A DNA stretch of 64,000 nucleotides from Escherichia coli (GTDB taxonomy: Bacteria; Pseudomonadota; Gammaproteobacteria; Enterobacterales; Enterobacteriaceae): NCBI RefSeq assembly GCF_048403405.1, contig NZ_CP183129.1; one strand, 5' to 3'. Numbering within the stretch: position 1 is the first letter of the stretch; each line of letters opens with the position of its first letter. The position numbers and the translations under genes were made by a program. Positions 33,286 to 44,040 of the stretch are shown here, piece after piece. A model generated the notes under the pieces. The model was given only the letters and a program-made list of their open reading frames with translations. It made no database searches and was not told the origin of the DNA.

Positions 33286-34170
33286 TTAACGTTTGGCAAC
33301 GCGAATGGATTGCGCCAGATGTGCAGGTTTTTCTTTGGTGACTTTTTGCGTTTCTGAAGCGTAAGCCGTTTCTACACAAACAAAGGTCTTGTAGCCATCG
33401 TCCGGCATGTCGCCCATGCTAACTGAAAGCGCCGGTCCCGGATTCCAGCCTACAACGTTCAGATGATGCTGGTGACCTACGGCGATAATACGATTCAGCG
33501 CTTCATCATTAATCACGCTGCAATCTTGCGGATTCAGATACACGCGATCGGTACGGTCAGGGAAGGTCTGAATACCGTCGGTCAGTACATCTTCTTTCGC
33601 GTCATTCACTTTATCAATGAAGCGATCGCCCAGCCCACTGACGCTTACCTTAGCGATATCACCCACGTTAAAGTAGGTATGCAGGGCAGAGGTGGTTTCA
33701 AATTCGCCGTGTGCTTCAAGATCGATTTCACAGGTTTTACCCACGCGGAAATACGCTAACAGCGTAAAGTCGTGCGGCCAGAATTTTTTCGTCTCTTCGC
33801 TTTGCGTCAATTCAAAAGTCAGCGCTACGCCATCAGCATCTTCATGATGTGATTTCAGCGTCCACGGCAGGTTGCGGGCAAAACCGTGCGCAGGCAGGCC
33901 TTGTTGTGCAGCCGGACCAAACCACGGCCAGCAAACCGGTACGCCACCGCGAATAGCGACGCCATTTTTGAACGGTGTGTTGTTACTCAACCACAGAACT
34001 TCTTCTTCACCCGCAGGTTTCCATGAGAGAAGGTGTGCGCCCTGTAATGCAAAAGAGGCTTTTACCTGGGGATGATCGACCACAATGAGGTCCAGTTCAT
34101 CCAGTTTACGACGGGAGAGGACAGGGGAGATTTGTTCGATGACCGGAAGGGCAAAAATTTTCTTAATCAT
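33286..34170 (-). CDS. yeaD: glucose-6-phosphate 1-epimerase
   Basis: Start taken at MIKKIFALPVIEQ… (294 aa); aldose 1-epimerase-like fold. Confidence 0.88.
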   Translation of the reverse strand: MIKKIFALPVIEQISPVLSRRKLDELDLIVVDHPQVKASFALQGAHLLSWKPAGEEEVLWLSNNTPFKNGVAIRGGVPVCWPWFGPAAQQGLPAHGFARNLPWTLKSHHEDADGVALTFELTQSEETKKFWPHDFTLLAYFRVGKTCEIDLEAHGEFETTSALHTYFNVGDIAKVSVSGLGDRFIDKVNDAKEDVLTDGIQTFPDRTDRVYLNPQDCSVINDEALNRIIAVGHQHHLNVVGWNPGPALSVSMGDMPDDGYKTFVCVETAYASETQKVTKEKPAHLAQSIRVAKR

Positions 34171-34201
34171 GACGCAGTCCTTTAACTTCATTTTATCAGG
34201 T

Positions 34202-34232
34202 AAAAAAAAGAGCGACCGAAGTCGCTCTTTTT
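34202..34232 (-). terminator. intrinsic terminator of gapA
   Basis: Stem GAGCGAC / GTCGCTC with loop CGAA flanked by A8 and T5. Confidence 0.85.
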
Positions 34233-34253
34233 AGATCACAGTGTCATCTCAAC

Positions 34254-35261
<1,008 letters not shown>

Positions 35262-35590
35262 CTATTTGTTAGTGAATAAAAGGTTGCCTGTAAAATTACA
35301 AAAACCTTACGCAGCGTCAAGCGGAATCGTGTCAATCATTGCGACAAATCAATCCTGTGCCTAAGCATTACGCGACTGACTCGCCTCACTCTTCCTTTGG
35401 GCTTGAGACCACATGGGGTCGGCGTCCCGAATTTTAAAGGGCAATTACGATAAAAATGTGATTTTCATCACGATTTAGGTGCAGCCATTTCGTCGAGATC
35501 AAGTTTAGGACAAATTTTTGCCAGTTGGTGTTAATGTTTTGTTAGAATCAGTCACGTAATGTGAGCACGATTAAAGTGAGATGTGAGCAA

Positions 35591-36004
35591 ATGGCTAATA
35601 AACCTTCGGCAGAAGAACTGAAAAAAAATTTGTCCGAGATGAAGTTCTACGTGACGCAGAATCATGGGACAGAGCCGCCATTTACGGGTCGTTTACTGCA
35701 TAACAAGCGTGACGGCGTATATCACTGTTTGATCTGCGATGCCCCGCTGTTTCATTCCCAAACCAAGTATGATTCCGGCTGTGGCTGGCCCAGTTTCTAC
35801 GAACCGGTGAGTGAAGAATCCATTCGTTATATCAAAGACTTGTCACATGGAATGCAGCGCATAGAAATTCGTTGCGGTAACTGTGATGCCCATCTGGGGC
35901 ATGTCTTCCCCGACGGGCCGCAGCCAACGGGTGAACGTTATTGTGTTAACTCAGCCTCTTTACGCTTTACCGATGGCGAAAACGGCGAAGAAATCAACGG
36001 TTGA
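35591..36004 (+). CDS. msrB: peptide methionine-(R)-S-oxide reductase
   Basis: Start taken at [14 protein letters not shown]… (137 aa); two CxxC zinc motifs and catalytic SelR domain. Confidence 0.9.
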   Translation: MANKPSAEELKKNLSEMKFYVTQNHGTEPPFTGRLLHNKRDGVYHCLICDAPLFHSQTKYDSGCGWPSFYEPVSEESIRYIKDLSHGMQRIEIRCGNCDAHLGHVFPDGPQPTGERYCVNSASLRFTDGENGEEING

Positions 36005-36045
36005 AAAAACGATTCAGCAACTTATTCCACAGGAGCGGAAAAATT

Positions 36046-36318
36046 ATGAATCTTGATGACATTATCAACAGCATGACGCTTGAGGTATACCAGCGTTTGT
36101 CGACCGCCGTTGAATTGGGCAAATGGCCTGATGGCGTTGCGTTGACCGAGGAACAAAAAGAGAACTGCCTGCAACTGGTGATGCTGTGGCAAGCCCGCAA
36201 TAATACCGAAGCACAGCATATGACAATTGACACAAATGGTCAGATGGTCATGAAGAGCAAACAACAGTTAAAAGAAGATTTTGGTATCTCAGCAAAGGCT
36301 ATTGCCATGTTTAAGTAA
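36046..36318 (+). CDS. yeaC: DUF1315 family protein
   Basis: Start taken at MNLDDIINSMTLEVYQRL… (90 aa). Confidence 0.85.
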   Translation: MNLDDIINSMTLEVYQRLSTAVELGKWPDGVALTEEQKENCLQLVMLWQARNNTEAQHMTIDTNGQMVMKSKQQLKEDFGISAKAIAMFK

Positions 36319-36533
36319 GTGGTTTGTCCCCTTTTTGCCGCGGTTATAAAGGGGATAGCCAACAATAACCCCACGACTCATCTCAATTATCTCGTCACGA
36401 CCAGGCTAAGTCCCAGCCCGGTCTCTTGCAGTCGCGTTCACGCCTGAATGACTTCTCCTGAACTTAAGTCTCAGACCTATTTGGCCGGTAATCCCTCTCA
36501 AATTTGCTCATTTTGCGTTCCGCCTTCCATCAA

Positions 36534-36612
36534 CCTGTAACAGATCCAGCCATTTTCTGCGTAATTGTGATCTGAGTTGTAAAACGCAGATCATTATCTG
36601 TGTTTTACAGAT
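36534..36612. promoter_or_regulatory. array of ATCTG/CAGAT inverted half-sites upstream of ydjL (candidate operator)
   Basis: CAGATC at 36541, GATCTG-N12-CAGATC at 36570-36593, CAGAT-N4-ATCTG at 36587-36600, ATCTG-N7-CAGAT at 36596-36612; ends about 75 bp before the ydjL start. Confidence 0.4.
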
Positions 36613-36687
36613 TTAATGTTGACCTCAAAAATCATGTGGGTAAGTATGATGACCATCTAAGCAAAACAAAACACAGAGGATGACGCA

Positions 36688-37764
36688 ATGAAAGCACTGG
36701 CTCGGTTTGGCAAAGCCTTTGGCGGCTACAAGATGATCGATGTCCCACAACCCATTTGTGGCCCGGAAGATGTAGTGATTGAAATTAAAGCCGCGGCAAT
36801 CTGCGGCGCAGACATGAAGCACTACAATGTCGATAGCGGTTCTGATGAGTTTAACTCTATCCGCGGCCATGAGTTCGCAGGTTGTATTGCGCAGGTTGGT
36901 GAAAAAGTCAAAGACTGGAAAGTGGGGCAACGCGTCGTGTCGGATAACAGCGGTCACGTCTGCGGCGTTTGTCCGGCCTGTGAACAAGGTGATTTTCTGT
37001 GTTGTACAGAAAAAGTAAACCTTGGTCTGGATAACAATACCTGGGGCGGTGGTTTTTCCAAATATTGTCTGGTTCCTGGTGAAATTCTCAAAATTCATCG
37101 TCATGCATTGTGGGAAATCCCTGATGGTGTTGATTATGAGGACGCAGCCATACTTGACCCTATCTGTAATGCCTATAAATCCATCGCGCAGCAATCGAAA
37201 TTCCTCCCTGGTCAGGATGTGGTCGTCATCGGCACTGGCCCACTCGGGCTGTTCTCCGTACAAATGGCGCGGATTATGGGGGCGGTAAATATCGTCGTCG
37301 TTGGTCTACAAGAAGATGTGGCGGTCCGCTTCCCGGTTGCAAAAGAACTGGGTGCGACGGCAGTAGTAAATGGTTCTACCGAAGATGTGGTGGCGCGCTG
37401 CCAGCAAATTTGTGGCAAAGACAATCTGGGACTGGTGATTGAATGCTCCGGTGCCAATATCGCACTGAAACAAGCCATCGAAATGCTCCGTCCGAACGGG
37501 GAAGTGGTACGCGTTGGAATGGGCTTCAAACCTCTTGATTTCTCGATTAATGACATTACCGCCTGGAACAAAAGCATCATTGGGCATATGGCCTATGACT
37601 CCACCTCATGGCGTAACGCTCTCCGGCTATTAGCCAGCGGCGCTATCAAAGTCAAACCGATGATCACGCATCGTATCGGCCTGTCGCAATGGCGCGAAGG
37701 GTTTGATGCGATGGTCGATAAAACCGCAATCAAAGTGATCATGACTTACGACTTTGATGAATAA
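36688..37764 (+). CDS. ydjL: zinc-dependent alcohol/polyol dehydrogenase (MDR family)
   Basis: 358-aa ORF; zinc ligands GHEFAGCIAQVG and structural-zinc cysteines CGVCPACEQGDFLCC. Confidence 0.9.
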   Translation: MKALARFGKAFGGYKMIDVPQPICGPEDVVIEIKAAAICGADMKHYNVDSGSDEFNSIRGHEFAGCIAQVGEKVKDWKVGQRVVSDNSGHVCGVCPACEQGDFLCCTEKVNLGLDNNTWGGGFSKYCLVPGEILKIHRHALWEIPDGVDYEDAAILDPICNAYKSIAQQSKFLPGQDVVVIGTGPLGLFSVQMARIMGAVNIVVVGLQEDVAVRFPVAKELGATAVVNGSTEDVVARCQQICGKDNLGLVIECSGANIALKQAIEMLRPNGEVVRVGMGFKPLDFSINDITAWNKSIIGHMAYDSTSWRNALRLLASGAIKVKPMITHRIGLSQWREGFDAMVDKTAIKVIMTYDFDE

Positions 37765-37790
37765 CTACTCTCCTGAAGGAACGTTATCGC

Positions 37791-39170
37791 ATGGAACAGA
37801 TAACAAAACCGCATTGTGGTGCACGGCTGGATCGCTTACCGGATTGCCGCTGGCATTCGTCAATGTTTGCCATCGTCTCGTTTGGCTTGCTTGTCTGCTG
37901 GAGTAATGCCGTTGGTGGCTTGATCCTCGCGCAGCTGAAAGAGTTGGGCTGGACAGATAATTCCACCACTGCCACATTCTCAGCAATCACGACCGCCGGA
38001 ATGTTTCTCGGTGCGCTGGTTGGCGGCATCATCGGTGACAAAACCGGTCGCAGAAATGCGTTCATCCTCTATGAGGCCATTCATATTGCCTCGATGGTGG
38101 TCGGTGCTTTTTCACCGAATATGGATTTCCTTATTGCCTGCCGTTTTGTGATGGGCGTTGGGCTGGGAGCTTTACTGGTGACGCTGTTTGCTGGTTTCAC
38201 CGAATATATGCCCGGTAGAAATCGCGGAACGTGGTCCAGTCGGGTTTCTTTTATTGGCAACTGGTCATATCCGCTCTGTTCATTGATTGCGATGGGACTC
38301 ACGCCGCTGATTAGTGCAGAGTGGAACTGGCGAGTACAACTGCTTATCCCTGCAATATTGTCGCTTATCGCTACGGCGCTGGCCTGGCGCTACTTTCCTG
38401 AATCCCCGCGCTGGCTGGAATCGCGCGGACGGTATCAGGAAGCCGAGAAAGTCATGCGGAGTATAGAAGAAGGCGTCATACGCCAGACGGGAAAACCTTT
38501 GCCGCCCGTGGTTATTGCTGATGACGGTAAAGCGCCACAAGCGGTGCCGTATTCAGCCTTAATGACAGGAGTATTACTGAAACGCGTGATATTAGGCTCT
38601 TGTGTGCTGATTGCCATGAACGTTGTGCAGTACACACTAATTAACTGGTTGCCAACAATATTCATGACCCAGGGGATTAATTTAAAAGACTCGATTGTTT
38701 TAAATACCATGAGTATGTTTGGCGCGCCATTTGGTATTTTTATTGCTATGCTGGTGATGGATAAAATTCCGCGTAAAACAATGGGTGTGGGGCTATTAAT
38801 CCTGATTGCGGTGCTCGGATATATCTATTCACTGCAAACCAGTATGTTGCTCATAACGTTGATTGGTTTCTTCCTGATTACTTTCGTCTATATGTACGTT
38901 TGCTATGCCTCGGCAGTGTATGTCCCTGAGATCTGGCCGACAGAGGCCAAATTACGTGGCTCCGGTCTGGCGAATGCAGTAGGGCGAATCAGTGGTATTG
39001 CCGCACCTTATGCCGTTGCAGTGCTGCTCAGTAGTTATGGCGTAACGGGAGTCTTTATTCTTCTGGGGGCGGTTTCAATTATTGTCGCAATTGCTATCGC
39101 CACCATTGGAATTGAAACCAAAGGTGTCTCCGTTGAAAGTTTAAGTATTGATGCAGTAGTCAATAAATAA
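37791..39170 (+). CDS. ydjK: MFS sugar-acid type transporter
   Basis: 459-aa ORF with 12 TM helices. Confidence 0.9.
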   Translation: MEQITKPHCGARLDRLPDCRWHSSMFAIVSFGLLVCWSNAVGGLILAQLKELGWTDNSTTATFSAITTAGMFLGALVGGIIGDKTGRRNAFILYEAIHIASMVVGAFSPNMDFLIACRFVMGVGLGALLVTLFAGFTEYMPGRNRGTWSSRVSFIGNWSYPLCSLIAMGLTPLISAEWNWRVQLLIPAILSLIATALAWRYFPESPRWLESRGRYQEAEKVMRSIEEGVIRQTGKPLPPVVIADDGKAPQAVPYSALMTGVLLKRVILGSCVLIAMNVVQYTLINWLPTIFMTQGINLKDSIVLNTMSMFGAPFGIFIAMLVMDKIPRKTMGVGLLILIAVLGYIYSLQTSMLLITLIGFFLITFVYMYVCYASAVYVPEIWPTEAKLRGSGLANAVGRISGIAAPYAVAVLLSSYGVTGVFILLGAVSIIVAIAIATIGIETKGVSVESLSIDAVVNK

Positions 39171-39186
39171 TACTGGTGGATTCAAA

Positions 39187-40230
39187 ATGAAAAATTCAAA
39201 AGCAATATTGCAGGTGCCGGGCACAATGAAAATTATTTCAGCAGAAATACCTGTGCCTAAAGAAGATGAAGTTTTGATTAAAGTGGAATATGTCGGTATT
39301 TGTGGTTCAGATGTACATGGTTTTGAATCAGGCCCGTTTATTCCGCCTAAAGACCCAAATCAAGAAATTGGCTTGGGTCATGAATGCGCCGGGACGGTTG
39401 TGGCTGTGGGAAGCCGTGTGCGCAAATTTAAAGCGGGGGATCGGGTAAATATCGAACCTGGCGTTCCTTGCGGTCACTGTCGTTACTGTCTGGAAGGCAA
39501 ATATAACATCTGCCCGGACGTTGATTTTATGGCGACACAACCTAACTACCGCGGCGCATTAACGCACTATCTGTGTCATCCGGAGAGCTTTACTTACAAA
39601 CTGCCCGACAATATGGACATGATGGAAGGGGCGCTGGTGGAGCCTGCTGCAGTCGGGATGCATGCCGCGATGCTGGCAGATGTTAAACCGGGTAAGAAGA
39701 TAATTATTCTGGGAGCGGGTTGTATTGGTTTGATGACGTTGCAAGCGTGCAAATGCCTGGGAGCTACGGATATTGCCGTCGTTGATGTACTGGATAAACG
39801 TCTGACAATGGCGGAACAGCTCGGCGCGACAGTGGTTATTAACGGTGCAAAAGAAGACACTATTGCACGCTGTCAGCAATTTACCGAAGAAATGGGCGCA
39901 GATATTGTTTTCGAAACAGCGGGTTCTGCGGTCACCGTTAAACAGGCACCTTATCTGGTAATGCGCGGCGGTAAAATTATGATTGTTGGTACTGTACCGG
40001 GCGATTCGGCAATCAATTTCCTCAAAATCAATCGCGAAGTCACTATTCAGACAGTATTCCGCTATGCCAATCGTTATCCGGTCACGATTGAAGCTATTTC
40101 CTCAGGGCGATTCGATGTGAAATCGATGGTGACACATATTTACGATTATCAGGATGTACAACAGGCATTTGAAGAGTCGGTTAACAACAAACGCGACATT
40201 ATTAAAGGCGTTATTAAAATTAGCGATTAA
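39187..40230 (+). CDS. ydjJ: zinc-dependent polyol dehydrogenase (MDR family)
   Basis: 347-aa ORF; GHECAGTVVAVG and CGHCRYC zinc motifs; Rossmann GAGCIG. Confidence 0.9.
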   Translation: MKNSKAILQVPGTMKIISAEIPVPKEDEVLIKVEYVGICGSDVHGFESGPFIPPKDPNQEIGLGHECAGTVVAVGSRVRKFKAGDRVNIEPGVPCGHCRYCLEGKYNICPDVDFMATQPNYRGALTHYLCHPESFTYKLPDNMDMMEGALVEPAAVGMHAAMLADVKPGKKIIILGAGCIGLMTLQACKCLGATDIAVVDVLDKRLTMAEQLGATVVINGAKEDTIARCQQFTEEMGADIVFETAGSAVTVKQAPYLVMRGGKIMIVGTVPGDSAINFLKINREVTIQTVFRYANRYPVTIEAISSGRFDVKSMVTHIYDYQDVQQAFEESVNNKRDIIKGVIKISD

Positions 40231-40250
40231 TTAATACGGGAGAACAGAAT

Positions 40251-41087
40251 ATGCTCGCAGATATCAGATATTGGGAAAACGATGCCACAAATAAACATTA
40301 TGCAATTGCCCATTTTAACGTATGGAATGCAGAAATGTTGATGGGCGTTATCGACGCAGCCGAAGAAGCGAAATCACCGGTTATTATTTCTTTTGGTACA
40401 GGTTTTGTCGGGAACACCTCATTTGAAGATTTCTCTCACATGATGGTATCAATGGCAAAAAAAGCAACGGTGCCGGTAATAACTCATTGGGATCATGGTC
40501 GGAGTATGGAAATTATTCATAACGCCTGGACTCATGGTATGAATTCATTAATGCGTGATGCTTCCGCATTTGATTTCGAAGAAAATATTCGTTTAACCAA
40601 AGAGGCTGTTGATTTCTTCCATCCGCTGGGTATTCCGGTAGAGGCAGAATTAGGGCATGTCGGTAATGAAACCGTTTATGAAGAAGCGCTGGCGGGCTAT
40701 CACTATACCGATCCTGACCAGGCGGCTGAATTTGTTGAACGTACGGGCTGTGACTCATTGGCTGTCGCCATCGGCAACCAACATGGGGTTTATACGTCAG
40801 AGCCACAATTGAATTTTGAGGTCGTCAAACGCGTACGCGATGCCGTTTCTGTTCCGCTGGTTTTGCACGGCGCATCGGGGATCAGTGATACCGACATTAA
40901 AACTGCAATTTCGTTGGGTATCGCGAAAATCAACATTCATACGGAGCTCTGTCAGGCCGCAATGGTAGCAGTGAAAGAAAACCAGGATCAGCCTTTCCTG
41001 CATTTAGAACGTGAAGTACGTAAAGCTGTAAAAGAACGGGCATTGGAAAAAATTAAACTGTTCGGTTCTGATGGCAAAGCGGAATAA
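40251..41087 (+). CDS. ydjI: class II (metal-dependent) ketose-bisphosphate aldolase
   Basis: 278-aa ORF, FbaA/KbaY-like (…HWDHGRSM…, …LHGASGISD…). Confidence 0.9.
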   Translation: MLADIRYWENDATNKHYAIAHFNVWNAEMLMGVIDAAEEAKSPVIISFGTGFVGNTSFEDFSHMMVSMAKKATVPVITHWDHGRSMEIIHNAWTHGMNSLMRDASAFDFEENIRLTKEAVDFFHPLGIPVEAELGHVGNETVYEEALAGYHYTDPDQAAEFVERTGCDSLAVAIGNQHGVYTSEPQLNFEVVKRVRDAVSVPLVLHGASGISDTDIKTAISLGIAKINIHTELCQAAMVAVKENQDQPFLHLEREVRKAVKERALEKIKLFGSDGKAE

Positions 41088-41091
41088 TGAT

Positions 41092-42039
41092 ATGGATAAT
41101 CTCGACGTTATTTGTATAGGTGCCGCTATTGTTGATATTCCATTGCAACCGGTCAGTAAAAATATCTTTGATGTGGATTCTTATCCTCTTGAAAGAATCG
41201 CAATGACCACCGGGGGTGATGCAATAAATGAAGCAACAATTATTTCTCGTCTGGGCCATCGCACAGCATTAATGAGTCGTATTGGTAAAGATGCCGCCGG
41301 GCAATTTATTCTCGACCATTGCCGCAAAGAGAATATTGATATTCAAAGCCTGAAGCAGGACGTCAGCATAGATACCTCAATTAACGTTGGACTGGTGACG
41401 GAGGATGGCGAGCGGACGTTTGTCACAAACTGTAACGGCAGTCTGTGGAAATTGAATATTGACGATGTTGATTTTTCGCGGTTTTCTCAGGCGAAATTAT
41501 TATCTCTGGCCAGTATTTTCAACAGTCCTCTATTGGATGGTAAAGCGCTAACAGAAATTTTTACGCAAGCTAAAGCCCGGCAGATGATTATCTGTGCCGA
41601 TATGATCAAACCGCGGTTGAATGAAACGCTGGATGATATTTGCGAAGCATTGAGTTATGTCGATTATCTGTTTCCTAATTATGCCGAGGCAAAATTACTC
41701 ACCGGGAAAGAGACACTGGAGGAAATTGCTGACTGCTTTCTTGCGTGCGGCGTAAAAACGGTGGTGATTAAAACGGGTAAAGACGGCTGCTTTATCAAGC
41801 GTGGTGACATGACGATGAAGGTGCCGGCGGTCGCAGGAATAACCGCCATCGACACCATTGGCGCGGGCGATAACTTTGCTTCAGGTTTTATTGCGGCACT
41901 GTTAGAAGGCAAAAATCTGCGTGAATGCGCACGCTTTGCCAATGCAACGGCGGCTATCTCGGTTCTAAGCGTCGGTGCCTCCACCGGCGTAAAAAACAGA
42001 AAGCTGGTCGAACAATTGCTGGAAGAATACGAAGGATAA
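41092..42039 (+). CDS. ydjH: PfkB-family sugar kinase
   Basis: Start taken at MDNLDVICIGAAIVD… (315 aa); PfkB signature GAGDNFASGF. Confidence 0.88.
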   Translation: MDNLDVICIGAAIVDIPLQPVSKNIFDVDSYPLERIAMTTGGDAINEATIISRLGHRTALMSRIGKDAAGQFILDHCRKENIDIQSLKQDVSIDTSINVGLVTEDGERTFVTNCNGSLWKLNIDDVDFSRFSQAKLLSLASIFNSPLLDGKALTEIFTQAKARQMIICADMIKPRLNETLDDICEALSYVDYLFPNYAEAKLLTGKETLEEIADCFLACGVKTVVIKTGKDGCFIKRGDMTMKVPAVAGITAIDTIGAGDNFASGFIAALLEGKNLRECARFANATAAISVLSVGASTGVKNRKLVEQLLEEYEG

Positions 42040-42048
42040 TGAAGGCAA

Positions 42049-43029
42049 ATGAAAAAGATACCTTTAGGCACAACGGATATTACGCTTTCGCGAATGGGGT
42101 TGGGGACATGGGCCATTGGCGGCGGTCCTGCATGGAATGGCGATCTCGATCGACAAATATGTATTGATACGATTCTTGAAGCCCATCGTTGCGGCATTAA
42201 CCTGATTGATACTGCGCCAGGATATAACTTTGGCAATAGTGAAGTTATCGTCGGTCAGGCGTTAAAAAAACTGCCCCGTGAACAGGTTGTAGTAGAAACC
42301 AAATGCGGCATTGTCTGGGAACGAAAAGGGAGTTTATTCAACAAAGTTGGCGATCGGCAGTTGTATAAAAACCTTTCCCCGGAATCTATCCGCAAAGAGG
42401 TAGAAGCCAGCTTGCAACGTCTGGGTATTGATTACATCGATATCTACATGACGCACTGGCAGTCGGTGCCGCCATTTTTTACGCCGATCGCTGAAACTGT
42501 CGCAGTGCTCAATGAGTTAAAGGACGAAGGGAAAATTCGCGCTATAGGCGCTGCTAACGTCGATGCTGACCATATCCGCGAGTATCTGCAATATGGTGAA
42601 CTGGATATTATTCAGGCGAAATACAGTATCCTCGACCGGGCAATGGAAAGCGAACTGCTGCCGCTATGTCGTGATAATGGCATTGTGGTACAGGTTTATT
42701 CGCCGTTAGAGCAGGGATTGTTGACCGGTACCATCACTCGTGATTACGTTCCGGGCGGCGCTCGGGCAAATAAAGTCTGGTTCCAGCGTGAAAACATGCT
42801 GAAAGTGATTGATATGCTTGAACAGTGGCAGCCACTCTGTGCTCGTTATCAGTGCACAATTCCCACTCTGGCACTGGCGTGGATATTAAAACAGAGTGAT
42901 TTAATCTCCATTCTTAGTGGGGCTACTGCACCGGAACAGGTACGCGAAAATGTCGCGGCATTGAATATCAACTTATCGGATGCAGACGCAACATTGATGA
43001 GGGAAATGGCAGAGGCCCTGGAGCGTTAA
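42049..43029 (+). CDS. ydjG: aldo-keto reductase
   Basis: 326-aa ORF, AKR family. Confidence 0.9.
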   Translation: MKKIPLGTTDITLSRMGLGTWAIGGGPAWNGDLDRQICIDTILEAHRCGINLIDTAPGYNFGNSEVIVGQALKKLPREQVVVETKCGIVWERKGSLFNKVGDRQLYKNLSPESIRKEVEASLQRLGIDYIDIYMTHWQSVPPFFTPIAETVAVLNELKDEGKIRAIGAANVDADHIREYLQYGELDIIQAKYSILDRAMESELLPLCRDNGIVVQVYSPLEQGLLTGTITRDYVPGGARANKVWFQRENMLKVIDMLEQWQPLCARYQCTIPTLALAWILKQSDLISILSGATAPEQVRENVAALNINLSDADATLMREMAEALER

Positions 43030-43054
43030 ATACTCAACACGATTCACCTCTGTT

Positions 43055-43083
43055 TCTGTGAAAACTGTGATGAAAATCTGTGA
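43055..43083 (+). promoter_or_regulatory. three direct CTGTGA repeats upstream of ydjF (candidate autoregulatory operator)
   Basis: CTGTGA at 43056, 43065 and 43078; shares the ATCTGTG core with the ydjL-upstream array. Confidence 0.3.
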
Positions 43084-43165
43084 TTCAAACAGGTTATTTT
43101 GAAAGTAAACATCGGTTATGCGATAATCGCGCTAATGTGATGTAAAAAGATACAGGGGTGTAATC

Positions 43166-43923
43166 GTGGCGGCAAAAGACAGGATTCAGGCAATTAAGCA
43201 AATGGTTGCCAACGATAAAAAGGTGACAGTCTCAAATTTGAGTGGGATTTTTCAGGTAACCGAAGAAACCATTCGCCGCGATCTCGAGAAGCTGGAAGAT
43301 GAAGGCTTTTTGACCAGAACCTATGGTGGTGCTGTTTTAAATACAGCGATGTTGACGGAGAATATCCATTTTTATAAGCGCGCTTCATCGTTTTATGAAG
43401 AGAAGCAGCTTATTGCACGCAAGGCACTACCCTTTATCGACAATAAAACCACTATGGCAGCCGATTCCAGTAGTACCGTTATGGAATTGCTCAAATTGTT
43501 GCAGGACCGTAGTGACCTGACGTTGCTAACTAACTCGGCGGAAGCGATTCATGTTCTGGCTCAATCAGAAATTAAAGTCGTTTCAACGGGGGGGAACTAA
43601 ACAAAAATACACTTTCCCTGCAAGGAAGAATTACTAAAGAGATCATCAGCCGCTACCATGTCGATATCATGGTAATGAGTTGTAAAGGTCTTGATATTAA
43701 CAGCGGCGCGCTGGACTCTAACGAAGCGGAAGCTGAAATCAAAAAGACAATGATCCGTCAGGCGACAGAGGTTGCGTTATTGGTTGATCACTCTAAGTTT
43801 GATCGCAAAGCTTTTGTCCAGTTAGCTGACTTTAGTCATATTAATTACATAATAACTGATAAATCACCGGGTGCAGAGTGGATAGCATTTTGCAAAGACA
43901 ATAATATCCAGCTGGTGTGGTAA
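43166..43923 (+). pseudogene. ydjF: DeoR-family transcriptional regulator, interrupted by a frameshift in this sequence
   Basis: GTG at 43166 encodes the HTH N-terminus and stops after …VVSTGGN at 43600; the next frame continues ELNKNTLSLQGRITKEIISRYHVDIMVMSCKG… to 43923; break lies in the G7 run 43588-43594; the two parts total 252 codons. Confidence 0.85.
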
Positions 43924-44040
43924 TTTAAGCACACGTTGTCAATATTATTTGTTCCTGCGCCTGGAAAATAAAATGATGATAAAGATGCGGCAAGTGAATT
44001 TGCCGCAATTGCTACCTTTTTAGCAAATCCGAGGCACCTA

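Noticed and set aside
36326-36355. Hairpin CCCCTTT…AAAGGGG immediately after yeaC
   Set aside because: A 7-bp stem but no downstream U-tract (followed by ATAGCCAAC), so not annotated as a terminator.
36625-37263. 212-aa minus-strand ORF
   Set aside because: Lies entirely antisense within ydjL, whose plus-strand product has clear zinc-dehydrogenase motifs; the antisense product is low-complexity with no ribosome-binding site.
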